Source: Naegleria gruberi (Eukaryota). Taken from it: a stretch of 64,000 bases of DNA. A program made the translations under genes and the position numbers. Where the stretch lies: the NCBI GenBank assembly GCA_000004985.1, contig GG738877.1; one strand, written 5' to 3'. Position 1 is the stretch's first letter. Each line of letters starts with the position of its first letter. Positions 43,202 to 54,050 of this stretch are shown here, in pieces. Under the pieces are notes generated by a model. It saw nothing but the letters and a program-made list of their open reading frames with translations. It had not been told where the DNA came from and did no database searches.

Positions 43202-44197
43202 CTAAAAGACAAAATCATTAAACATGAAAATAAATGTTTCTATAGATGCCTTAATCTCGGCAACGTTTCTCTTATCTTTTGGGTTGTCATGGTACCCGTT
43301 AATTCCTCCTACATCCAGATATTTCAAAGACCTAGAAATAGTCTTATTGTTGACTAATGCTCTACATACTTCCAAGTTCGAAGCATGGATTTTTAACTTT
43401 TCCAGTTGAAGAGTGCATTTGATATTCAAGACTTTATCCCTATCTTCAATTCTATAACAAGAGAATTCCAATTCTTTCAAATTTACCCAGACAGAATTAG
43501 TAAGTATATTTGAAAAATCCTGTTCTTGTATCCAAATTTTAAGGACAAGCTTTCTCAAATTAGAAAAAAGCTGGTTCCTGCACATTAGTTGAATGTCTTC
43601 TGTTTTTACATGTTCAAAATCCAATGTTAATTCACTTAAATTACATAAGTTGAATGTCCCTAAACTAGCAATTCCAAAATTATTAAACTCATTATTAGAC
43701 AAAGTAAGGGTTTTGAGTTTTTTCAAAAATGGGCTGTTAAAAATATCTGACAGACCTGCATTGCCCAACTTGTGTGAAGAAATCGCCAAAATTTCCAAAT
43801 TGGAAAATGTTTCACAATTAGCAATCAGCCCAATCTCATCCCCAAGACTCATATCTTCGTAACTATTTTCCTCATCCATAAATCCTTCAAACCTACTCAA
43901 ATTCGTCAAATGCAATTCTTTCAAATTTTTCAAATGAGGATTTTGAATAAATTTTCTAAAGCCTTCTAACTTTATATTTTCCATTACAGCCAACTTGGAA
44001 ACATGCTCCATCAATCTGTTCTCGGTAATTTTACAGAATTTAGGAAAATCTCTGAACAATGATAATTCAATCTGGTGAAAATGTTTACTAGCTTCTAGCC
44101 AAGATTTAGAAATAATTCGTAAACTGAAGGCCTCGTTTCCTCCGATCAATTCCATAACTATTAGGCAAATGTCAGGAATAAAAATCTCTGTTTGCAT
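43202..44197 (-). CDS. Leucine-rich-repeat (RNI-like) protein, 331 aa, possibly an F-box/LRR adaptor.
   Basis: Intronless ORF with ATG at 44197. Repeated LxxLxLxxN/C LRR units are present (LKELHLTNLS, LKTLTLSNNEF, LSELTLDF, LRKLVLKI). Confidence 0.55.
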   Translation of the reverse strand: MQTEIFIPDICLIVMELIGGNEAFSLRIISKSWLEASKHFHQIELSLFRDFPKFCKITENRLMEHVSKLAVMENIKLEGFRKFIQNPHLKNLKELHLTNLSRFEGFMDEENSYEDMSLGDEIGLIANCETFSNLEILAISSHKLGNAGLSDIFNSPFLKKLKTLTLSNNEFNNFGIASLGTFNLCNLSELTLDFEHVKTEDIQLMCRNQLFSNLRKLVLKIWIQEQDFSNILTNSVWVNLKELEFSCYRIEDRDKVLNIKCTLQLEKLKIHASNLEVCRALVNNKTISRSLKYLDVGGINGYHDNPKDKRNVAEIKASIETFIFMFNDFVF

Positions 44198-44237
44198 TTT
44201 TTTTGTAAAATTAAAAAAACTCTAATGAATTTCCAAG

Positions 44238-45686
44238 TTATTCCAATAATGAGTACTTTCTTTCAACTTCTGAGAGTTGTTGTCGTAATTGATCTATTTT
44301 GAGTTTAAGATTCTGACAAATATAATCATTCATGAACAATTCGTTGTCATCATCGTTAATGTCTATTGTCACTAGAAAATCCTCTTGCAAGTTAGAAGAG
44401 TTTTCTTTGTAGGAAGATATTGAACAGCTTGATTTTTCAAGTCCAAGTTTCGTTTCGATTTCTTCTTCATCAATGAATTGAATTTGCTTGCTTTCGAATG
44501 GTAATTCATCCAGTGATTCTAATGACTGAGTAACTGGCATTTCCGACAAACCTGCAATGGAGGATGTTAAAGGTTTGTTTTCCATACCCTGTTTTGTTAG
44601 CATGTTATCTCTAATTAACATTTGTTCAACAAGGTTTCTTTCTTTCATAAGCTCCTCAACTTTGTTAAATACATCATTTTTTTCATCCCCTATTATTTCA
44701 TAACTATTTGGATTGAGATATGATTCGTGTAGACCTATTGATTGCAAACGTGACAGAACACTCTGTCTAAACATTTCATCAAGATGATCATCGCCTGAAT
44801 CTATCAAAATATTGCTTTTTTCAGTAGAAACTGAGTTTGAGATTATTGAATCCAAATTCTTAACTTCAGTACTTTCTAGAGCCATTCTACTAATTTCTTT
44901 AATATCAAAATCAATTGCATCTATGGAATCGATTGATTCTTTAATAGAATTATCACCCTGTTTGAAATTAGATGCCTTTTTCTTCCTAGATGGTAATATT
45001 TCATCCAAAATAATATTTGTATCCAATTTACCTAAATTGTCAAGATCGTCCAGACCCTTCCGTTCAGTCCTTTTTGTGGGTGGTGCTGTTCTGAACCTCT
45101 TAATATATTCTGCAATTCTTGCTGGTCTGGTTGAACCCTGTTTTTCCACATACCTCGGACTTGACTTTAACGATTCATGTGAGCTATTACCACTCTTTCC
45201 TCCAATCGATTGGTTACTTGAAATTGAATCTCTTAAATCTCTTTCTCTTTGTTTTTTGAGAGGCATCGAATCTCTTGACAAAGTTAATTCATGATTTGAT
45301 TTTGCTGAAGAAAAGCTATTCCTACTACTAGAAGTTGAACCAAGCTCATTTAAAGACTGTGCTTGATCATTTACAGACATTACTTCCATATCCTCATCTT
45401 CATCCAACATGAAAGAAAGAGATTCCTTCTCATCATTCTCTTCATCTTCCTCTCCAATATAATGAAAATTTAATTGTTCATCCTTAGATTGCTTCTGAAC
45501 AGGAAGCTTGCTTGAATCCTCCCTAGATGATAAAGAATTACTTGAACCCCTCATTGCCTTACTAGAATTATTAAACTCGAAATTCCTTTGTTCAAACTCC
45601 ACCGATGATGAAGGGAACTTTTGAATTCTCATCTCTTGCTCCGAAATTACCCTTGAAGAAGTTGTTGGTCTTCCATTTCTAAACAT
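44238..45686 (-). CDS. 482-aa S/E/D/N-rich low-complexity protein with a short C-terminal coiled coil. Function unknown.
   Basis: Intronless ORF with ATG at 45686. Compositionally biased, no recognisable domain. Confidence 0.4.
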   Translation of the reverse strand: MFRNGRPTTSSRVISEQEMRIQKFPSSSVEFEQRNFEFNNSSKAMRGSSNSLSSREDSSKLPVQKQSKDEQLNFHYIGEEDEENDEKESLSFMLDEDEDMEVMSVNDQAQSLNELGSTSSSRNSFSSAKSNHELTLSRDSMPLKKQRERDLRDSISSNQSIGGKSGNSSHESLKSSPRYVEKQGSTRPARIAEYIKRFRTAPPTKRTERKGLDDLDNLGKLDTNIILDEILPSRKKKASNFKQGDNSIKESIDSIDAIDFDIKEISRMALESTEVKNLDSIISNSVSTEKSNILIDSGDDHLDEMFRQSVLSRLQSIGLHESYLNPNSYEIIGDEKNDVFNKVEELMKERNLVEQMLIRDNMLTKQGMENKPLTSSIAGLSEMPVTQSLESLDELPFESKQIQFIDEEEIETKLGLEKSSCSISSYKENSSNLQEDFLVTIDINDDDNELFMNDYICQNLKLKIDQLRQQLSEVERKYSLLE

Positions 45687-45835
45687 TTTTTAATTCTTTT
45701 CAAAATATTGGCGCCAAAACAGAATGTATGTGATGGAACAAGTTATTTTGTTTTTCCATCCAGCATTCGAACTCTATCAACACAAGCTTTTATGCTTCAA
45801 CCAAAAATTATTAAAAAAAATTGTCCCATTCAGTG

Positions 45836-47230
45836 ATGGCCCGTTATTCAACACGTTCTGCTAACGTTGTTGCAAAAAACAAGAAGAAAAACTACAATTC
45901 TGTAGAAATAAGTGATGAGAGTAGCGATTGCTCTTCGGAGTCGTCACTTGATGATAGTATTATTGTATCCGATGAAGAGGAAGAAGCTACAAATGTAAGA
46001 AATGATGAAGAGGAAGAAGAAGAATATGAGAGTGATGAAGAGGAAGTTGACAATGTGGAAACTAATGATGAGGAGGGTGATTCTATGATAAAACCAATTT
46101 TAATTGATGATGATGAAGAAGAAGAAATTGTCCAACTCTCTCCAGCACATCAGTTAGACCTTGATGATGATGATGTTGTGGTTGTGACTGGTTTAAATAC
46201 ACCAAAGACACCTTCCCAAGATGATAATACTATCACACAACATGAAGAAGAAGAATCCAATTCTAATAGAATGCACGATGATATCACGCATGAAATGGGA
46301 GGATTAGATAGACCAGAGCTTGAAGAAGTACTGGCAGAAGCTAATCAATTACCATCTGATCATGAAGATGATCAATTCACAACACTTCCACCAAACATTA
46401 TAATTCCTCAACAAACATTTAACAACTCAAAAACCTCATCATCAAATCAATACCCCTCCAATTCCTCACCATCTTCCTCAAATTCTAGTAAGGAAATCTT
46501 CTCTTCAACCTCATCAACTCCTAATGTAATCAATAATTCCACCACTCCTACTACTAACAGTTTCAACTCATCAGAGAAGAAAACCAACAATGATTGCACA
46601 TTGGATTTACCTCCAAACTCTAAAAAAACATCAATGACACCTCCAAGAGAAATTCTCATGCCAGATGAAACTCAACACTCACAAACTCCACACTCAAATA
46701 TTATTCCACAATCTCCTCATCCATCACCATATACTCCTTCCTGTACAATATTCAATTCACCAATAACTTCACCATCATCATCTCAATATTCCCTTAATAA
46801 TTCCCAATATTCCCCTCAATCCCTTCCAACTCATCTCAATAGTAATAGTCAAACTGAATCATTAATTCAATCCCGAAAGAGTTTACCCTCAATTAGTTTC
46901 GGCCTCTCAGAAATATTCAAGAGTAGAACTATGACTCCAATTCAATATAGAAGAGATAGCCAACAATTAGATTATCAAGATGATGACGAAAAGAAAGAGG
47001 AAGATGATGAATTATGGCCAGAAATTAATAATTCATTTATACACAAGGCCAAAACATCAAGTAGTGAAAGAAGAGTTGTTCGTCATCCTTCCTTGGAAAA
47101 ACAATTTGAAAAGGAACAAAAACAACAAAGAGAACTAAAGAGGAATCTGAAAAAGAGAGTAGAAACCGATGCATGGGATCCAAATATTCATTCGGATTCA
47201 AAAAGAAAAAAGAAAAAGACTAAAAAATAA
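45836..47230 (+). CDS. About 465-aa acidic protein with polyE/D runs, an S/T/P/N-rich middle and a basic KRKKKKTKK C-terminus (nuclear-type low-complexity protein).
   Basis: ORF with first ATG at 45836 (track start 45821 is TTG). No conserved domain recognised. Confidence 0.4.
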   Translation: MARYSTRSANVVAKNKKKNYNSVEISDESSDCSSESSLDDSIIVSDEEEEATNVRNDEEEEEEYESDEEEVDNVETNDEEGDSMIKPILIDDDEEEEIVQLSPAHQLDLDDDDVVVVTGLNTPKTPSQDDNTITQHEEEESNSNRMHDDITHEMGGLDRPELEEVLAEANQLPSDHEDDQFTTLPPNIIIPQQTFNNSKTSSSNQYPSNSSPSSSNSSKEIFSSTSSTPNVINNSTTPTTNSFNSSEKKTNNDCTLDLPPNSKKTSMTPPREILMPDETQHSQTPHSNIIPQSPHPSPYTPSCTIFNSPITSPSSSQYSLNNSQYSPQSLPTHLNSNSQTESLIQSRKSLPSISFGLSEIFKSRTMTPIQYRRDSQQLDYQDDDEKKEEDDELWPEINNSFIHKAKTSSSERRVVRHPSLEKQFEKEQKQQRELKRNLKKRVETDAWDPNIHSDSKRKKKKTKK

Positions 47231-47386
47231 ACCTTACTCTATTCATTAAATTGATATTTAATATAATAATATTATTCGCCTTATTCTGCTGCAAAACTTT
47301 CTCATGCGACAATGAAAGTTTCAAGTGGGTATGGAACTTGTCTCAACTAATTTATTTTAAAAGATCAATAACATTACAATAAAAAA

Positions 47387-48019
47387 ATGGAACAAGATGA
47401 GGAGAAAACCATCCTAAAACTTGATCATCACATCGGATCTAGAGTTTTAACTAATTTTTATAGGACCACTGCCAAGTTTGCCAAGTTGGAAAGTAAACTA
47501 ATCAACTATTCGCAATATCTTTCACTATTCAAGGGTGAATTAAATATTCACTCAAGTACAAAATTATTATTCAGATCGAGTAGAGATGGATTTTCACTTT
47601 CTGATTTTCATTCTCGATGCGACAATCAACCAAAACTTGTAATTATTGTCAAGGCACAAAGGGGAGAGTTATTTGGAGGATACACAAGTCAGAATATCAA
47701 CGTAGCATTGAATTGTTCATCTGACTCTGTGAGGGATAATGATTCCTTTACTTTTCAATTTGGTGGCGAAAAATTGTACGTTTTCAGATTGTTGCCTTCG
47801 AGATTGGAACATGCATTGCATCGATATTCTTCAAGCTATCTTTTTGCTTTTTCTTTCTCTTTCTGGATTGGTGACAATGCCAACCATCAGACACTATCCA
47901 GTTCACATGGCCAAACAGAAGAAAATATTCTTCCTGAAGGTAGATTACCACCAGGGAAACAGTATTTTGGTGGAATGAATTTTCTTATTGAGGACATGGA
48001 GGTTTTCAAGATTGAGTAA
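47387..48019 (+). CDS. TLDc-domain protein (OXR1/NCOA7/TBC1D24-type TLD domain), 210 aa.
   Basis: Diagnostic TLDc blocks are present: LLFRSSRDGFSLSDFHSRCDNQPKLVIIVKAQRGELFGGYTS ... AFSFSF ... GG.NF.IEDMEVFKI. Intronless, ATG at 47387. Confidence 0.7.
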   Translation: MEQDEEKTILKLDHHIGSRVLTNFYRTTAKFAKLESKLINYSQYLSLFKGELNIHSSTKLLFRSSRDGFSLSDFHSRCDNQPKLVIIVKAQRGELFGGYTSQNINVALNCSSDSVRDNDSFTFQFGGEKLYVFRLLPSRLEHALHRYSSSYLFAFSFSFWIGDNANHQTLSSSHGQTEENILPEGRLPPGKQYFGGMNFLIEDMEVFKIE

Positions 48020-48771
48020 TAAAGAAAAGAGAGTGTTGGCTCAATCAACTGTGTAAAGTTCATAAATTATTTTTTGAATTGTCCCAACAGAAGGGAATTC
48101 AAAAATTTGCAATGTGGATTAGTGTGAAATTAGTGGAATTTTTTGTAGAAGGTGATTAGACGAAACCTGTTCGTTTAAATGTTGGAGAATTTGAGTTAAA
48201 CCGTATTAATAAAGATATTTATTCAGTTTTACTATCAAGAGATAATTACTCAATCCCAATACTTGCCAAACATACTCAGATTCCCTAGTAATTTTGTAGA
48301 AATTGAGAAATTGGAAGAAATTAACTACAAAAGTGATGACTTGTATTTACTTATTTGATAAGAGGAGAATAAAAGTTTCTAACAGTATTATCGGAAAAGC
48401 AAGATGAGAGAATAGAATTAATTTGACAAACTCCTATTACGAATATATTGACACTCATCCTTAGTACACTATTCCCCAAGCCATAAATATTAGAGACTCA
48501 CCATGAACAAGAAGAAAACCTTAAACGACGACATTCACACGTGTGTTTGAAAAATTTAAACAACCTCCATGAATGTTGTTGCCTTTCATTATAATACGTT
48601 CACAATAAGTCTTTGAGTAAAAAAATTCCACGATGATTATTTACTGTTAATTGGATAATTATTTGAGGGTGAACCAATCCCAACCACAATCATCCATTCC
48701 TAAAAGAGAAAGTGAACGAACACAACAAGATAAATTGGGAGGAAAAGACAAAATTCACTACACATAAAAAA

Positions 48772-50278
48772 ATGCACCCACATCATCACCTGCCAGCACA
48801 TTCATCATCAACACACCAACAATTTAATGTTTCATTATCGAGTAGCCTTCGAAGATTATCCGAATCTACTTCATGTTTACTGTTAATTATCATTGCGAGT
48901 ATTGTGCTACTACAATCAATGAATGTTGTTTATGGAGCATTTCCTGCTAATAATATGGAAGTGATTGGAGGTGGAGGAACCTTTGCAGAAGAAGTTCAGT
49001 ACGTATCAGTTTCTTTCTTTTTCTAATATTCGAAACTTTATAGCAAAGGATGTGGTCAATCATTCTTTATTAAACATTTTTCAAATAACATTGAAATGAA
49101 TTACAATGCTACAGGTAAATATTGTCACATTTCAATTTCTAATACTTTCGAATAGGTAGTGGTACTGGTTTATTGAACTTGATCAATTATACATCAACAC
49201 CTTTCGATTATGCAGCTGGTGAATTAATTCCAACCGATGCTCAATATGCTGCTAATCCAGGTTTACAATTACTTCCATTTATTGGTGTAAACGTTTTAGT
49301 TGTTTTCAATTTACCTGGAATTTCTTCTTTAACCTTAAATAGACAAGTAATTGTTGACATTTTTGCTGCTCGTGTGACGTAGGTATTTTTTTACTGTTTT
49401 TGATTTAGTTTACAATTAAAGTAAATGGAATGATGCTTCAATTGCTGCATTAAATCCTTCAATTACTTTGCCAGATGCCAAAATTAAAAGAGTTGTGAGA
49501 TCTGACAGTTCAGGTACTACTGAACTTTTCACATCTGCATTGGCTGCATTTGCTTCAAGTACTGGAGTTTCATGGACACCTGGTGTGCAAAGTATTTTAA
49601 CATGGCCAAGTGAAGCATCAGATAATATCTCAAAACAAAAAGGTACATCTGGTATTTCAAATTACTTGTACCAAACTCCATATACTATTGCATATAATAC
49701 ACCTTCTGCTGTATTTTCATTCACATCAGCAACTATTATTAACAAGTATGGAACTCCAGTTGATGCTTCTGAAACAACTTGTAAGAATGCCATGACAGAT
49801 TTTCAAGATGCATTCGATTCTAAATTCTCTGCAACAATTGTAGATGCTCCAGGTCAAAATTCATATCCAATCTCTGGTTATTCATATCTTATTTATAAGA
49901 GTTCATCAATTGAAGAGTAAGTAGTTGTGAGATGATATTTCATTTATTAACATTTTTAATAGATGTAGCTTGGCTCAAGTCTTGTACAGATATTTCTCTT
50001 ATTTATATAGTGGAAATGTTGATACAATTATTACTGCTGCAAGCTTTGTTCCATTACCAAATAATGTTAAATCTAAAGCACAAGCAACTTTGGATAAATG
50101 GGTTTGTTCCTCGGGCGAAACTGCAGTGACATCTGAAATTGAGATTGTTGCAGTTGTCTTGTTATCTATTGCTGGTGGTTTTGTTTCGGTTGTTTCTCTA
50201 GGTATTGTTTTTGGTGTTTCAGTATATGCTCAATGGAAGAAGAGAAAGGATAGTGAAGAATCTACTGAAACTGACTAA
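48772..50278 (+). CDS. PstS/DING-family phosphate-binding protein (periplasmic-binding-protein type II fold), anchored at both ends by an N-terminal signal anchor and a C-terminal TM helix. Five exons, including a 71-nt micro-exon.
   Basis: Exon 1 is 48772-48998 and ends ...VIGGGGTFAEEV. A 45-nt intron at 48999-49043 has a GTACGT donor. Exon 2 is 49044-49114 (KGCGQSFFIKHFSNNIEMNYNAT). A 41-nt intron lies at 49115-49155. Exon 3 is 49156-49378 (GSGTGLL...VVFNLPG...IVDIFAARVT). A 43-nt intron lies at 49379-49421. Exon 4 is 49422-49916 (KWNDASIAALNP...VVRSDSSGTTELFTSAL...). A 45-nt intron lies at 49917-49961. Exon 5 is 49962-50278 (...LPNNVKSKAQATLDKW plus TM AVVLLSIAGGFVSVVSLGIVFGV). Every splice phase is consistent. 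The spliced protein is colinear with E. coli PstS through all conserved blocks (GSTF, NYQSIGSGAG, NLPG, DIYLGKI.KWND.AI..LNPG, RRADGSGT.F.FT.YL, LP..V...V...W). Confidence 0.8.
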
Positions 50279-50304
50279 GCCCATTTTATTGTACAATATA
50301 AATT

Positions 50305-52697
50305 TTATTGCATGAAATTATTAATTGACCTTAATCCATAGATTATCTCAACTTGCTTTCTTGCTTCGATTGCTAATAAACAAATGTGAATTTTTTCCCT
50401 CGTTCTTAATTTCACACCAGTATTTACAAATTGCTCCTTGGTACATCTTTCTGGATAGCAAACAACAGTCTTGATGTACTTTTTAAGATCAATATTAAGA
50501 AGCTTGTTGACCTTTTCATAATTGAAATCATCATGAGACACACCAAATAGTCTGTGAACATAACACCATATAGCAGCTCTGAATGAAGTCGTATCTACAT
50601 CCTTGATATCATAACATCTATTATCTGTCATGTTATAAATAAACTCAAACTCAGTATCTAATAAATCAGCAGCACCATAGTAAAATCTACTCAATAAAGA
50701 GAATGCATTTTCTTCCCAATTGAAATCATGAATAGAAGTAGTTTCATATTCCTTATTCTTTACATCAAAATCTTTGTAAGTAAAGTCATACTTGTTATGT
50801 TTGTACTTTTTAAGTTTAAGTGAGCGTTCTCTATTGTTAGAGTTTCGTTTGTAAACACCAGATGTGTTAGAGCTTATAAAGGTATGTCCTGCACTTGGTA
50901 TCAGACCCTCACTATCTGATTTCTTTGTGGCTCCTTTCATCATATCCTGTTTTTGAGCTTCCCAGAAAGTAACTGATGCAAAGTTTGGCGTTGAGAAGCA
51001 ATCAAAGTTGTTATAATTACTATATAAATGGTTTGGTACAATTTTAGATGAGTTGTCATTAGTTTCAGTACATTCAAAAGCTTTTTCTCTTTGATGTTTG
51101 TCTATTGGTGTATCGTCATCATCAGCAGTCCTTGTTAATGTTTCAACAAGCCTTTGAGTTTCATTCTTTTGTCTTTGTTTTGATTCCTCACTTTCAGTAA
51201 CAGAGCTGATAATATCTGCAATTGGTGTATCATCATCATCTGGTAAAATACCAATACCATAAATGAATCCCGACAGTGCATGGAAATGAGTCATTATTAT
51301 TACAGCATGAACTAGCTCGGCCATAGTCCATGCATTTTCTCCAACACCATTATTGCTTACTAATTCAGAGATGCTATCTTCATTAAGCATCCATGGCATG
51401 TGGCAAAGTAGTGAATTGAATTTCAATAACTTTTTCAGCTTTTGTGGAATAAACTCGATTCCTTTCAACCACTCCTCATTTCCACCATTTAGTAAAAATT
51501 CTACTTCAAGTCTTCTCACTAAATATTTACAACTATGTCTTGATGCAGCCAAAATAGCAATGTAAGATCTCCAATCTAATGGCAGAGGACCGTTTGATTT
51601 CATCAAAAAATTATATGACTTGTAGTAAATCTCTGCAAAATGGGCGTGTGTGAAAAGAGCTTGAGAAAGATGAGGAATCACACCATTATCAATGAAAATA
51701 GTTTTGAAATGTTCTTGAATGATATGTAAATCATTGAATTGATCACTACCTGATGCCATTTTGTAAATTGGTTTGAAAGAAAGTGGTGAAAAGAATTGAG
51801 AAATTGCTCTCAAATGTCCCGAATTGCAATCTACTTTTTGAATACATTTTACACCATAATTCTTATCTAAATCCTCAATTAATTTTAAAAAGGTTGTTGA
51901 AATATCCTCAAAAGGACTCTCATAAGCAAATCTAGATATAAGAGGAGAATATCTTTGGAAGAAGAGACTTGGCTTCAATGAATCTTCATCATCTCCTGTA
52001 TCCGCTGCATAATTTCGTTCCTTCCAAAGTTTAGCATGGTTTAATATTATTTGTATAACATTATTAATTCCAATCCTTCGTTTCTCAGCTGATTATAAAT
52101 TCATCATTAAATTATTAGCAAATCAAAGAACAAACATACCAATTGGATGTAATATTTGTCTAAAAAAGTGATTTTCTGATAATAAAACACCTTCATCATA
52201 CTCATCAGAGTAAATTTCGTAAATATCAAAGGGATGGTGTGAATCGTGGGTGTGATTAGGTGTTTTAATAGAATGTTGTTGATGTTTAGAATTGTGAACA
52301 GTATTAGTTTGATGTTGATGTTCTTCATCACGTAAACCATTAGGAGAAAAGACAGAATCATCCTCGTGTTGATCGTTAGAGTTACTCAGCCACTGTGGTT
52401 CTTCATCATCATCATGTTTTTGAAACAATTGTTGAGAATTATCCATTAAATGATGACTTTCAGAAGGAGATGTCATTGGTATGGAAGAAGAGAGCCAATC
52501 TGGAGTGCCACCACTGTGATGACTTCCCTGTGTTGGGGATTGTATAAATGATGATGAAGAAATATCAACAGCCAACGATGATAGTGAGAATGGATTGTTG
52601 GGTGATGTGTTGATATTAAGTCGTGAGTTATTATTATTATTCGCTTGATGATTTGATGATGAAGGAAAACCAAACATTTTGTTGTTGATCCGAAAAG
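50305..52697 (-). CDS. Sestrin (PA26 family) homologue with an N/H/Q/S-rich low-complexity N-terminal exon. Two exons.
   Basis: Exon 1 is 52697-52140 (first ATG at 52697; track start is TTG). A 51-nt intron at 52139-52089 has a GTATGT donor. Exon 2 is 52088-50305. Sestrin signatures: LSQALFTHAHF, WRSYIAILAASRHSCKYLV, ELVHAVIIMTHFHALSGFIYGIG, and C-terminal LLDTEFEFIYNMTDN...DVDTTSFRAAIWCYVHRLFGV...CYPE. Confidence 0.75.
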
Positions 52698-53208
52698 ATG
52701 ATTCAAAGTTGAATGTCTTCACAAAGACTCTTTTTATCGGAGGACTTTGTGTGTGATTATTGGACAATTTAATTTAGATAATAATATGAAGTCTGGACTT
52801 TAAACTTTGGTCTGACTTGATAATTATCAACACCTTTTCTCTCTATCTTTTGCTTTTTTCTTGTTGTGTGATGAACAAAAATAGACAATTTTTTTAAAGC
52901 TTAATACTCTATAGAATTGCACCACCACAGTAAATGATAACACTCTTGGGTAGCTTACATACCACAACTATAAACACTTATAAATTTCTCGGGAATAAGA
53001 TAACAATGTAAAAAGATATTTGGAGTTGGAAAATTGAAATTTTACGTCTTCATTTCTTGAAATGATTTCAATGGAATGAGATGAGGAAAATTCCAGCTAT
53101 CGTGTCACATCAAAATTAGTGTGCTTTCATAATTTGGCGCCAAAACAAACTACAATATTGAGATGAATTGCGTTAGAAAACTTCAAGAAAAAAAACAATT
53201 GATTTGAA

Positions 53209-53982
53209 ATGAAGAATAAGATCTTGATTTTAGGTTTAGTTGCCAGTGTATTATTCATTGTTTTCATCTCTTCAGTTAAGGGTGAAGAGCCAAAGATGAA
53301 GAAACTTGCCTATTCTATTGTTGATGAAAGAAATAGGGCTAAAGAAGTTTGTTCAAAGGTTCTTGATGCTGATAAGAATCAAAAACTCTTCAAGAGATGT
53401 GTTAAGGATCTTGTTGTTATTGCAAAGAAGAGAATTAAGAAGGAGGCTCAAAAGAAGAAGAGAAAGCTTGTCAAGAATTATAAGAAGAATATTGCTCTCT
53501 TGTTAAAGTCAATCAAGGCATCAATGGCAGCTCAAACTGAAAAAGTAGATAAGCTTGTTGAATCTTTAAAGCAAAATCTTGAAAAGGAACAAGCCAAGAA
53601 GTGTGAAGTCCCAAAGCCAGCTGAAAACTCTGAAAAGAAAGTTGACGAAAAGAAGGAAGAAAAGAAACCAGAATCTCAACCATCTCCTCAATCTCCATCA
53701 AACAATCAACAACCAGCAAGTAATAACTCTCAAAATAATTCCTCCAATAATCAAAAACCAAAGAATATCAACAAGCCAACTGGAAAATCAAGAAATTCTT
53801 CCAATAAGAAGGTTAATTCTTCTTTCAAGAAAATCAAACAATTTACAAATAATACAAAGCAATCCAATACTAATTCCAATAAGAAACTTGCCAAAATTCC
53901 AAAAGCAAAGGCAGTCCAACAAGCAATTAGCAAGAATAAGCCTCTCCAAGTGAAGAATTCTTCAAAGATTATTAAGAAATAA
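53209..53982 (+). CDS. 257-aa secreted lysine-rich, S/N/Q-rich low-complexity protein with a signal peptide. Function unknown.
   Basis: Intronless ORF with ATG at 53209. Signal-like segment is ILILGLVASVLFIVFISSVKG. Composition is highly K/N/S biased. Confidence 0.4.
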   Translation: MKNKILILGLVASVLFIVFISSVKGEEPKMKKLAYSIVDERNRAKEVCSKVLDADKNQKLFKRCVKDLVVIAKKRIKKEAQKKKRKLVKNYKKNIALLLKSIKASMAAQTEKVDKLVESLKQNLEKEQAKKCEVPKPAENSEKKVDEKKEEKKPESQPSPQSPSNNQQPASNNSQNNSSNNQKPKNINKPTGKSRNSSNKKVNSSFKKIKQFTNNTKQSNTNSNKKLAKIPKAKAVQQAISKNKPLQVKNSSKIIKK

Positions 53983-54050
53983 ATTACTCAATGTAAATTT
54001 TAATATTCTGAGTAATTTTTAAAATAATTGGAAAATCAATTACAAAAAAA

